DNA of 64,000 nt from Candidatus Woesearchaeota archaeon (GTDB lineage: Archaea > Nanobdellota > Nanobdellia > Pacearchaeales > GW2011-AR1): the NCBI GenBank assembly GCA_964363345.1, contig CAYIHY010000001.1, positions 7,483 through 71,482 of the forward strand, in the 5' to 3' direction. Below the pieces are notes generated by a model. That model searched no databases, was not told the origin of the DNA, and was given only the letters and a program-made list of their open reading frames with translations. Positions 9,366-18,431 of this stretch are shown here, in pieces. Made by a program: the position numbers and the translations under genes. The first letter of the stretch is position 1. The number at the start of each line of letters is the position of its first letter.

Positions 9366-11162
9366 TTATTCTTTTGATTTAATTGCTGCCCTTATAATTT
9401 TTTCTTCCAAGTCTTTCCATTTAGGATCATCAGTTAAGTTATACAATGCTTCTGAAGTCGCAAATAAATTAGCTAATGTAACAAAATTTCTTGATAATTC
9501 TGATTTCTTAGTAATCTCTCTAAGTTTTTCAACTGCTTTTGGTAAATGTAAAAGGGCCTCAATTGAAGCGGTGCGCATTAAAGAATCATTTACTAAAGTT
9601 ATCTCTGGATGAGGAAAGATTATATTTAATTTTGGAACAACTATCTCTTCGCCGATATAATCGTAACCTGATTGTTTATTGTGAAACATTACTTTATCCT
9701 TGAATAATTCCTGCTGATAGGGGAATGTTCTTTTTACTTCATAAATTCCATCCCCCCAAATATCTGTTCCCGGGAGAGGAGTTAAAAATAAAGTTGCAGC
9801 TCCGTCGACATTCATTTCCCCGATATTATAACAGATGCCTAAGGCACTTTCATAAAAAGTTTCTGCGGTTGTAGCAGGAGTATATAAAATATAATTTTCT
9901 GCAGCCTTAAGTCCGTTATCTACAATAATCTTAATTGCTTCTGAATTTTTTTCAGGAGAAGTTTTTTTCCTCATATATTCTAATTCTTTAAGAGAATAAC
10001 TCTCAGAACCTACAGATACCACTTCAAATCCCGCTTCTTTTAAGAGTCTGCATATATCTGGATTTGATACAATATTGTCTGTCCTTGCTCTGCATTGAAA
10101 TTTTAAATTTTTTCTTATCTTACCAGATTTTTTTCTTTCTATAATCATTCCTAGAGTTTCTATCGCCCTTTGGGGATGAACAAGAAAATTTTCATCATCG
10201 ATATAAATGTCCATTGCAGGATATGTAGTCGAAACAGCTTCAATTATCGTCAATATATTTTCTGCATTGATATAACGCACAGGAGAAGTCTTAGTTCCCA
10301 TTGTTCCAGAAAAAAGTATAGAACTCTGGCAGAAAATGCATTTGTATGGGCAATGGTCGCTCGAAACAAAACGAAAATAACTATCTTTTTTTCCGCCAAA
10401 TATCAATCTGCTGAGTTCCCAATATTTCCCGATTGGAGAAAGATCCAAATGTTTTGCAAAGGCATTAAGGCTTATCTCTTGATAAAATTCTGGACTTATT
10501 CTTTCTTTGACAATTGCCAAAGGTTTAGTTTGATTCTCTTCTAAAATAGACATCCCTGAAATTTCATTTATTTTAGTTTCTTCTTTCAAATAATCTAAAA
10601 ATTTTTTCTTTTCTATTTTTTTGTTATTAGAAAATTTATCATAAATCTGAATTAATTTTTGCAAGGGTAATTCCCCCTCCCCCCGAATAATTATATCAAT
10701 TAAACCCCCAAGTTTCCCCCATTGAGGATTAAGTGAGGCTTCAAATCCCCCCGCAATTATAATTGATTCTGGAGAAATCTCAAGAACATGATTTATATTT
10801 TCTAAATCTCGACGCATACTATCATAATATGGACTAAACGCTATAAAGGGGGGATGATATTTGTCGATTCCTTCCCATAATTTTTTGAGATTATCCACAT
10901 CGCAATTGAACATGACTGATTTAATTCCCATTTCCTGCAAAAATGCATGTATTCTAAAAAGACCGTTATGAAGATTTGGAATAAAATAGGGGTCATTGTC
11001 GGTTCTTTTTCCCATATCGGGGGTGATTAAAATTATTTCAGTGTCTGATTCTATTTTTGTATCATACTGAACTAAACTCTCTGGGACATTATAATTTTCT
11101 TTAATCCCTCCGCTGCCCATATCCACAGAGATATGTAAATTTTTTTGGACTGATTCTTCCAT
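9366..11162 (-). CDS. B12-binding-domain radical SAM protein
   Basis: IIAGGFEAS and IIRGEGE (B12-binding-like domain); CPYKCIFC; DENF; VGSES; LTPLPGT. Confidence 0.85.
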   Translation of the reverse strand: MEESVQKNLHISVDMGSGGIKENYNVPESLVQYDTKIESDTEIILITPDMGKRTDNDPYFIPNLHNGLFRIHAFLQEMGIKSVMFNCDVDNLKKLWEGIDKYHPPFIAFSPYYDSMRRDLENINHVLEISPESIIIAGGFEASLNPQWGKLGGLIDIIIRGEGELPLQKLIQIYDKFSNNKKIEKKKFLDYLKEETKINEISGMSILEENQTKPLAIVKERISPEFYQEISLNAFAKHLDLSPIGKYWELSRLIFGGKKDSYFRFVSSDHCPYKCIFCQSSILFSGTMGTKTSPVRYINAENILTIIEAVSTTYPAMDIYIDDENFLVHPQRAIETLGMIIERKKSGKIRKNLKFQCRARTDNIVSNPDICRLLKEAGFEVVSVGSESYSLKELEYMRKKTSPEKNSEAIKIIVDNGLKAAENYILYTPATTAETFYESALGICYNIGEMNVDGAATLFLTPLPGTDIWGDGIYEVKRTFPYQQELFKDKVMFHNKQSGYDYIGEEIVVPKLNIIFPHPEITLVNDSLMRTASIEALLHLPKAVEKLREITKKSELSRNFVTLANLFATSEALYNLTDDPKWKDLEEKIIRAAIKSKE

Positions 11163-11216
11163 TATATTTCTTTTGATTTATCTTTTTTATAACTTACGTA
11201 TTTAAAATAATTGGTA

Positions 11217-12101
11217 TTACGAATTTTTATTTTTTAAATTACTTCTCAAAACTTCTTTATTTCTTTCACTTTCACGATCAAATAAAAAACCTTCCCAAAA
11301 ACCAGTTATATTAGCAATATGAATTAAAGGGGCAATTAATATTAAATAAATTGGGAATAAATGGGGATATTTTCTAAATGGGAACCTGCAGATAATTGAA
11401 ATAAATCCGAATATAGGAATAGATCTTAATATCCTATGCCAAAATCCCCCCTCATTTTCTCCGTAAGAGATGAGGGCATTCGCATGTCTTCTGACTAATT
11501 TCCCATTTCCTTCAGAATAAATTTTTAACTTATCTATCACTCCACGAAAACTTTTTTGTTTGTGCAGATGAAGCACTTTCACATTAGCGCGTGCAAATTT
11601 ACCCCTTTTTTTTAGTTTCATGCTTAGGTCAGCTTCAAGTCCAATTATCTTTGGATCTTCACTAATCAATCCTACCTCCATCAAATCTTTTTTTCTATAT
11701 GCACACGCTCTCATGTCCATGGTGGGATATTGTATATTTCTCTCATTTATCGTAGCTAATCGAAGCATAAATGGATATTTTTTCCAATATTTTTCAGGCA
11801 AGAATAAATCTGAAACTGTTGCAACAATTTTTTTATCTTCTAGCGGTTTGATTAATTTTTCAAGCCAAAATTCGTTTTCTGGGATACAGTCCTGAGCTAA
11901 GATAATGATTATCTCTCCCTTTGCTTCCTTTATTCCCAAATTCATTGAGACCGCTTCGGGATTATTCCATTTTTCAACAATCTCTGCTTTTATTGTCTGT
12001 TTTTTTAACATTTCTTTTACCCTTTCAAAAACTTCTTTTTCTGGCCTGTAAATCGGAATTACCACACTTACTTTTTTTTTGGCAGAACCTTTATTTTTCA
12101 T
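11217..12101 (-). CDS. GT2 glycosyltransferase
   Basis: VSVVIPIY, NLGIKEAKGEIIIILAQD, C-terminal hydrophobic helices. Confidence 0.82.
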   Translation of the reverse strand: MKNKGSAKKKVSVVIPIYRPEKEVFERVKEMLKKQTIKAEIVEKWNNPEAVSMNLGIKEAKGEIIIILAQDCIPENEFWLEKLIKPLEDKKIVATVSDLFLPEKYWKKYPFMLRLATINERNIQYPTMDMRACAYRKKDLMEVGLISEDPKIIGLEADLSMKLKKRGKFARANVKVLHLHKQKSFRGVIDKLKIYSEGNGKLVRRHANALISYGENEGGFWHRILRSIPIFGFISIICRFPFRKYPHLFPIYLILIAPLIHIANITGFWEGFLFDRESERNKEVLRSNLKNKNS

Positions 12102-12208
12102 CTTATCACTCAGAGAGATATCTGTTTTTAAAATTAATTGTAATTAAGTAATAGTTAGATTTTGGAAAGCAAGAACATTTTTAAATATTCTAACTTTATT
12201 AATAAATA

Positions 12209-12901
12209 TTGGCGACCATGAAAAAAAGAGCAAAATTTGATATAAAAAAATGTTGTTATAAGGAGAACACGGTATATTTAGCTAAAATAGCTGATCCTTA
12301 CACTGCAAAAATAGCACAATTTGTCTACAATACTTTCGGAATCTCTGCTAATATGATGACTTTGATAACTTTCTTAATAGGTATCGCGAGTCTATCAGTT
12401 TTATTTTTTGTAAGAAGTTATACGGGGTTAATTCTCGCAGCAATTCTCATTTTTATAAGAAATTTAACTGATACTCTTGACGGTAAAATTGCAAGAGGTA
12501 CAGGAAAAACAAGTTCAATGGGGGGATTTAGCGATATAGTCAGTGATTGGGTTTTTTTCCATGCTGCATTTTTTGTAATAATTGGCTATTTGACTAATAA
12601 TATTATCATTGGATTTTTATGTGTAACTGGATATATGAGCAGAGAATTTACAAGAAGAAAATTCACAGAAAAATATGGAGTCAAAATAACTGAAACCTCT
12701 GAAGCAAAAAAAATGCCATTCCTTGTTTCAATTGTAAGGAAATATAATCTCGGAGAAGTTACAATCCTTTCTCCATTGATAATTTTAATTAACCCCGTAT
12801 GGATAATTTATTTTGTGGCCTTTATGGAATATTTCCTTTTATTTGCAGAACTTGCATTTGATTACCTCTGCTTTTTCAAGGAAGAGAAAAATAAAAAATA
12901 G
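12209..12901 (+). CDS. CDP-alcohol phosphatidyltransferase family protein
   Basis: Signature DxxDGxxAR...GxxxDxxxD (DTLDGKIARGTGKTSSMGGFSDIVSD), ANMMT; start TTG 12209 or ATG 12218. Confidence 0.9.
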   Translation: MATMKKRAKFDIKKCCYKENTVYLAKIADPYTAKIAQFVYNTFGISANMMTLITFLIGIASLSVLFFVRSYTGLILAAILIFIRNLTDTLDGKIARGTGKTSSMGGFSDIVSDWVFFHAAFFVIIGYLTNNIIIGFLCVTGYMSREFTRRKFTEKYGVKITETSEAKKMPFLVSIVRKYNLGEVTILSPLIILINPVWIIYFVAFMEYFLLFAELAFDYLCFFKEEKNKK

Positions 12902-12949
12902 CTATCTTTACTAAGAAAATTTTATAAATCAATTTCTGGAGGTTATAAA

Positions 12950-13687
12950 ATGAAAGCATTAATTCTTGCAGCAGGAGTTGGAAAAAGATTGCATCCTTTT
13001 ACAGAAGACATCCCAAAATGCCTATTAAAAGTTGGTGAAAAAAGCATATTAGAACATTTGTTGGACAGCATCTCTTCTTCGAAAATTAAAGAGGTAATAT
13101 TAGTTGTTGGATTTAAGAAAGAATTAATATACAAAAAAATTGGAGATTCTTATCAGGGGATGATTATAAACTATGCAACAAATAACTTTTTTGACCAGAC
13201 AAATAATCTATATTCTTTATGGTGCGCTCGACACTTAATTGATGACGCATTTGTCCAATTTAATGGGGATTTAATTGTAAACAGGGAAATAATTAAAAAA
13301 GTTTTCAATTCTCATTTAGAAGATGCAGTTGTAATTGACAGCAGCCCAAATAATTTTGTAGAAGACGCAAATCGAATAAGACTTGAAAAGGGCAGGGTTA
13401 TTTTGTTAAACAAAACAATTTCTAAAGAAGAATCTGCAGGGAGAGCATTTGGAATTTATAAATTTTCTAAAGAGAATGCACAGGAATATTGTAAATCTAT
13501 AGAATTAAATATCTATAAATTTAAAGATGGTTTTGAAACTGGATTAAGACCTTTACTGGGAAATTTTTTTTTCCAGATAATTGATATAAATGGATTACCT
13601 TATGCTGAAATCGATGATATGAATGATTTAGACTCCGCGAGAAAAAAAATTGATTATATAATAAATTATGGAAATTTTAAATCTTGA
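12950..13687 (+). CDS. Phosphocholine/inositol-1-phosphate cytidylyltransferase-like NTP transferase (LicC/IPCT family)
   Basis: ILAAGVGKRL..PKCLL, NNLYSL, NGD, EIDDxxDL. Confidence 0.82.
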   Translation: MKALILAAGVGKRLHPFTEDIPKCLLKVGEKSILEHLLDSISSSKIKEVILVVGFKKELIYKKIGDSYQGMIINYATNNFFDQTNNLYSLWCARHLIDDAFVQFNGDLIVNREIIKKVFNSHLEDAVVIDSSPNNFVEDANRIRLEKGRVILLNKTISKEESAGRAFGIYKFSKENAQEYCKSIELNIYKFKDGFETGLRPLLGNFFFQIIDINGLPYAEIDDMNDLDSARKKIDYIINYGNFKS

Positions 13688-15002
13688 AGAAATAGGAACC
13701 ACCCCCCTAAGAAGAAGTGCCTTAGAAATATTGGCTGCAGGGGTTGAAAGTGTTATGCCCGAAAGAGTATTATCCCAATATGTTAATTATATTGACGGAA
13801 AATTAAAAATTAAAAATGATGAATTTGAAATTGGTGATGTCTATGTTCTTGGTTGCGGCAAAGCTGTGGGATTAATGGCCTATGCTCTAGAAAAAATTAT
13901 TCCCTTAGAAAAAATAAAAGCAGGAATAGTTAATTCAATAAAAAATTTTCCAACAAAAAAGATTATAATCAATGTAGCAAATCATCCAATTCCCGACGAG
14001 AGGGGGCTTTATGGGGTTGAAAAAATGTTAGAACTAATTAAACAGATAAAACCCGAAGATACAGTAATCGGTTTATTTTCTGGAGGGGGTTCTGCTTTGC
14101 TTCCTGATCTTCCCCCCGGAATTGAATTGGGGGATATACAAAGATTAACTGAATTATTTATTAAATCAGGAGCAGAAACTTATGAAATGAACATTGTTCG
14201 GAAACATGTCTCTACATTAAAAGGAGGAAATCTTGCGAAAATTTTACAACCTTCCAGAATCATCTCATTAATGATTTCCGATGATTTAGACGGGAGAGAA
14301 GATATCGCTTCAAGGCCGACAACTTATGAAGATTCTACATTTCAAGAGGCATATGATTTGGTGAGAAAATATCATATTCTAGAAAAAATTCCAAAAAATA
14401 TAAGAATTTTCTTGGAAAAGGGATTGAGAAACGAAATTCCCGAAAATCCAAAAAAAGGGGAATCTTTTTTTGAGAATGTTTATAATTATATTTTAGCTGA
14501 CAATAAAACTGCTTTAGAGTCAATGAGAAAAAAAGCAGATTCATTAGGCTTTAATTCCTTTATTTTAGCAGAAACCCTTAAGGGAGAAACAAAAATATCT
14601 GCAAGAAATATGGGAAAACTATTTAGCGAAAAATATTCTTTAACAAAAACTCCTTTAGCTATTTTATATTCTGCGGAAACAATTGTTAAAGTTAAAGGAA
14701 ATGGAAAGGGGGGAAGAGCTCAGGAATTTACCGCTTCATTAATTCCGGAAATATCCGGGAAAAAAAATTCAGTTTTTGCTGCAATTGGTTCCGATGGAAT
14801 AGATTTTATTCCAGGAATTGGAGGAGCAATAATTGATGATACTACTCTTAGTCAATGTGCTGAAAAAGGATTAGAACTACCTAAATTTTTAAAAGAAAAT
14901 GATACCTATAATTTACATAAATATTTGGGGAATTTAATCCTAATGAATTCAACAAATACCAATGTGGGAGATTTGCATGTTTATCTTCAAAAAGATTATT
15001 AA
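13668..15002 (+). CDS. Glycerate 2-kinase-like (MOFRL/DUF4147) kinase
   Basis: GCGKA, HPIPD, SGGGSAL, NIVRKHVSTLKGG, GKGGRAQE, TNTNVGD. Confidence 0.85.
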   Translation: MEILNLEEIGTTPLRRSALEILAAGVESVMPERVLSQYVNYIDGKLKIKNDEFEIGDVYVLGCGKAVGLMAYALEKIIPLEKIKAGIVNSIKNFPTKKIIINVANHPIPDERGLYGVEKMLELIKQIKPEDTVIGLFSGGGSALLPDLPPGIELGDIQRLTELFIKSGAETYEMNIVRKHVSTLKGGNLAKILQPSRIISLMISDDLDGREDIASRPTTYEDSTFQEAYDLVRKYHILEKIPKNIRIFLEKGLRNEIPENPKKGESFFENVYNYILADNKTALESMRKKADSLGFNSFILAETLKGETKISARNMGKLFSEKYSLTKTPLAILYSAETIVKVKGNGKGGRAQEFTASLIPEISGKKNSVFAAIGSDGIDFIPGIGGAIIDDTTLSQCAEKGLELPKFLKENDTYNLHKYLGNLILMNSTNTNVGDLHVYLQKDY

Positions 15003-15010
15003 AAATAAAA

Positions 15011-15772
15011 ATGGAAAATGTTAAATTTAATTTTGAAGGAAAAACAGTTGTAATAACTGGAGCATCCAGAGGAATCGGGTTGGCAATAGCAAACGCATTT
15101 TTAGAAAGTGGCGCATCAGTGATAAATATCTCAAAATCTAACTCAGAAGTAAATTTAGAAAAACCTAATTATATTTTCTTGCAGGAAGATATCTCTAATC
15201 TCCCCTCAATTGAAAAATGGATAAATGAATTCTACAACAGGGGCAAGAAAATAGATTTTTGGATAAACAATGCAGGAATTTATTTTGGTTCACCGCTGAT
15301 TAATGTCTCTGAAGAACATTGGGATGAAATTTTTTCTGTAAATTTAAAATCTCTTTTTTTCCTTTCTAAATTTGTTGCACAACACATGAAAGAAAATGGG
15401 GGGGGAATAATTCTAAATGCTTCTTCTTTTGCTGCAAAAATTCCTTCAATTAATCGAGGGATATATGCGGCTTCTAAATCTGCAGTGGTGAGCTTAACAA
15501 GATCTATGGCCGCCGAATGGGCCCAATATAAAATCAGGGTAAATAGTTATTGCCCCGGAGTTATCTTAACAGATATGACTAAAGATTTAACTGAGAAAAA
15601 AAATGATGAATTAATTTCAAATATAGCCTTGCATCGATATGGTTCCCCCGAAGAAGTTGCAAAGGTTATTCTATTCCTTTGCTCCGACTCTTCGGAGTAC
15701 ATCACAGGAGAAATAATAGAAATAAGTGGAGGAAAATTTCTTGTGCAAAACCAGAAAGACATCATCTTATGA
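15011..15772 (+). CDS. Short-chain dehydrogenase/reductase (classical SDR)
   Basis: TGASRGIG, NNAG, YAASK, RVNSYCPG. Confidence 0.92.
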   Translation: MENVKFNFEGKTVVITGASRGIGLAIANAFLESGASVINISKSNSEVNLEKPNYIFLQEDISNLPSIEKWINEFYNRGKKIDFWINNAGIYFGSPLINVSEEHWDEIFSVNLKSLFFLSKFVAQHMKENGGGIILNASSFAAKIPSINRGIYAASKSAVVSLTRSMAAEWAQYKIRVNSYCPGVILTDMTKDLTEKKNDELISNIALHRYGSPEEVAKVILFLCSDSSEYITGEIIEISGGKFLVQNQKDIIL

Positions 15773-17349
15773 TAAAAACTATTTCTACCTCTTATAGTAA
15801 AGAAGATACCATTGATTTTATAATTGAAGATGATGCTGAATTTGATTGGGTTTCAAAATTTGATGATTCTAAATTTGATCGTCTTTTTGTAGTTGTAGAT
15901 AAAAATGTAAATAAATTATGGGGGGATAAGATTTTTTCTCAGTTAAAAAAACATAATAAAGAGATATTTTTATTTGATGTAGAAGCAATCGAAGAGAGTA
16001 AGTCGATAAATTTTTACCCAAAATTAATAGATTTTTTTGAATCTAATCGATGTGGATTATCTGATCTGGTAATTGGTATAGGGGGGGGAATAATAATCGA
16101 TTTAGTAACCTTTACCTGTTCAACATATATGAGAGGACTCCCAGTTTATCTAATTGCAACTACTTTAATCGGACAGATTGATGCTTCAAGCGCAGGCAAG
16201 ACTTGTTTAAATACCCAAAATGCAAAAAATGTTTTGGGAACATTTTATTATCCATTAAAAGTATATAATAATATTAATTTTTTAAAAACATGTTCAGATT
16301 ATCACGCACGCCAGGGCTGGTCCGAGATTTTTAAATACGGGCTTTTGGATTCTAAAGAATTATTGGATATGATTTCGGATTATTTTAAAAATAAGACTGA
16401 TAAAAAATTAATGGATATAATTGAATCCGCGATTAGCGTAAGAATTAAAATAAGAAATAAAAATCCTTTAGCAAGCAATTTAGGGCATACCTTTGGACAT
16501 GCCATAGAAAAAATATCAAACTTTAAAATTCTCCATGGAGATGCTATAGCCGTCGGAACAATCATCTCATTATATTTTTCTAAAAAAATAGGAATAATTG
16601 AAGAAGAAGAATTAAATGAGATAGTTTTAAGGATGAAAGAACTAAATTTGAATATTCTTTTAGACAAAGAGATAGAACCCAATTTAATGGTTGAATTAAT
16701 GATGCATGATAAAAAATCTTCAAGTAAGAATCTCAATCTTGTTTTAATAAAAGGAATTGCTAAACCCTACGAAGAGAAGGGATATTATTTCTACAAAACA
16801 AATCCCGAATTTGTGAAAGAATTCATCAAAGAGTTTCTTGTATCATATCCGTATACCCTCTCTGAATGTTCAAAAGTCATAACCTCCGATGAAATAAATT
16901 ATAATATCATAACTTCCATAAATCATCTAAGCTTTACTGTAAGTGATGCTGAAAAATCAGCAATATTTTATGAAAAAATATTAGGTTTAAAATTAGTAAA
17001 TATCTCAGAACGAGACCAAGTTTTTTCAGAAAAAGTTACAGGTATAAAAAATGCCCACCTAAAAATAGCCTACTTAAGCGGCAATAACTGTTCCATTGAA
17101 TTGATCCAATATCTTTCTCCTCAAGGAGAAAAAATAGATACGAAGACATGTAATGTCGGAAGTGCGCATATTTGTTTTAATGTTAAAAATTTTTCAGAAT
17201 TTATTGAAAATTTAAAAAATAAAAATGTTTTTTTTATAAATTCCCCCCAGATAATTCCCGACGGACCAAATAAAGGAAAAATGGTAGTATATTCTGAAGA
17301 CCCTGATTCAAATAAACTGGAATTTATCTCTGAAGAAAGAATAGAGTAG
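15769..17349 (+). CDS. Sugar-phosphate cyclase (3-dehydroquinate synthase superfamily) fused to a C-terminal VOC/glyoxalase domain
   Basis: GGGIIID..TYMRG..TTLIGQIDAS..GK..N..KN, EIFKYG, NLGHTFGHAIE, HGDAI, HDKK; C-terminal NHLSFTV..IELIQY..HICF..DPDSNKLE; ATG 15769 overlaps the SDR stop (ATGA). Confidence 0.85.
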   Translation: MIKTISTSYSKEDTIDFIIEDDAEFDWVSKFDDSKFDRLFVVVDKNVNKLWGDKIFSQLKKHNKEIFLFDVEAIEESKSINFYPKLIDFFESNRCGLSDLVIGIGGGIIIDLVTFTCSTYMRGLPVYLIATTLIGQIDASSAGKTCLNTQNAKNVLGTFYYPLKVYNNINFLKTCSDYHARQGWSEIFKYGLLDSKELLDMISDYFKNKTDKKLMDIIESAISVRIKIRNKNPLASNLGHTFGHAIEKISNFKILHGDAIAVGTIISLYFSKKIGIIEEEELNEIVLRMKELNLNILLDKEIEPNLMVELMMHDKKSSSKNLNLVLIKGIAKPYEEKGYYFYKTNPEFVKEFIKEFLVSYPYTLSECSKVITSDEINYNIITSINHLSFTVSDAEKSAIFYEKILGLKLVNISERDQVFSEKVTGIKNAHLKIAYLSGNNCSIELIQYLSPQGEKIDTKTCNVGSAHICFNVKNFSEFIENLKNKNVFFINSPQIIPDGPNKGKMVVYSEDPDSNKLEFISEERIE

Positions 17350-17393
17350 CACTGTTACATAATCTTTTTAAATAATTTTTTGCAATTTTTTAG

Positions 17394-18431
17394 ATGGTGA
17401 AAAAACAATTCGGTATAAATGGTTTTGGAAGAATTGGCAGAGCAATCTTCAGAAAAGCTTTAGAAAATGGAACTTTTGATATCCCCCTAATAAACGATCT
17501 TAATCCAGATAATAATAATTTAGCTTATCAATTAAAATATGATTCTATTTACGGAACTCTTCCTTTTGAAATAAGGGGAAATGAAAAAGGTATAACAATT
17601 GAGGGAAAACAGTATGAGATTTCTCATGAGAGAGAGATAAATAAAGTTAATTGGAAAAATCTTGAATGTGTTGTTGATTCGTCGGGGGTAAAAGAAAATG
17701 TTGTCCTTGCAAGAAAATTAGTAGAACAAAATGTTAAGTATGTGATTGTAACCCATTCCCCTGAGGAAAAATTATTGGATAGAAGTGTAATAATGGGAGT
17801 TAATGAAAATGAAATTGATTTTAATAAAGATAGAATTATCTCTAGCAGTATCTGTGATGCAACGGCATTTGCTCCAGTAGTGCAACTTCTTGACTCTGCA
17901 TATGGGGTTGAACACGGATTCTTGACGACAATTCATCCTTGGCTTCAGCATCAACATCTTTTAGACGGTCCATCAACTTCTTGGTCAAAACCCGGACAAA
18001 TCTATCCCGGATACGAGGAAGGAAGAGCGAGCACTGTTTCATTATTGCCCAAACCAACTTCCTGTGTTAGTGCCACTTGCAAAGTGATTAAATCTCTTGA
18101 AGGAAAATTTGACTCTTTTTCTTACCGAGCTCCGACGGCAATTGTTTCAACCGCAAATATCAATCTTAAGCTAAATAAAAATCCTTCAAAAGAAGAAATT
18201 ATCTCATTATTCCTTGAAGCAGAAAAAAATCAAAAATGGAAGATATTTTCAAATAATTTCGAACCTTTAGTGTCAATAGATTTTAAAGGAAATGAACATT
18301 CTGTTTCTGTTGACCATAGATGGACCGCGATAAATAAATTTGGTTATGCTCGGTTGGTTCTTTGGTATGATAATGAACAAGGCTATGGGAGCAGAGTTTT
18401 AGATTTAGCTGATTATTTATTATCTCATTAA
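17394..18431 (+). CDS. Divergent type I GAPDH/erythrose-4-phosphate dehydrogenase-family oxidoreductase
   Basis: GINGFGRIGR, LKYDSIYG, catalytic Cys in SSICDAT, TTIH, WYDNEQGY. Confidence 0.85.
   Translation: MVKKQFGINGFGRIGRAIFRKALENGTFDIPLINDLNPDNNNLAYQLKYDSIYGTLPFEIRGNEKGITIEGKQYEISHEREINKVNWKNLECVVDSSGVKENVVLARKLVEQNVKYVIVTHSPEEKLLDRSVIMGVNENEIDFNKDRIISSSICDATAFAPVVQLLDSAYGVEHGFLTTIHPWLQHQHLLDGPSTSWSKPGQIYPGYEEGRASTVSLLPKPTSCVSATCKVIKSLEGKFDSFSYRAPTAIVSTANINLKLNKNPSKEEIISLFLEAEKNQKWKIFSNNFEPLVSIDFKGNEHSVSVDHRWTAINKFGYARLVLWYDNEQGYGSRVLDLADYLLSH

Noticed and set aside
15679..15768. ORF-track N-terminal extension of the cyclase
   Set aside because: It overlaps the SDR gene; ATG 15769 in an ATGA stop/start overlap is the more plausible start.
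15769..16900. Annotating the cyclase as aroB (shikimate pathway)
   Set aside because: No other aro genes are in the window, the DAHP-binding loop is missing and the protein is fused to VOC, so only a superfamily-level call is supported.
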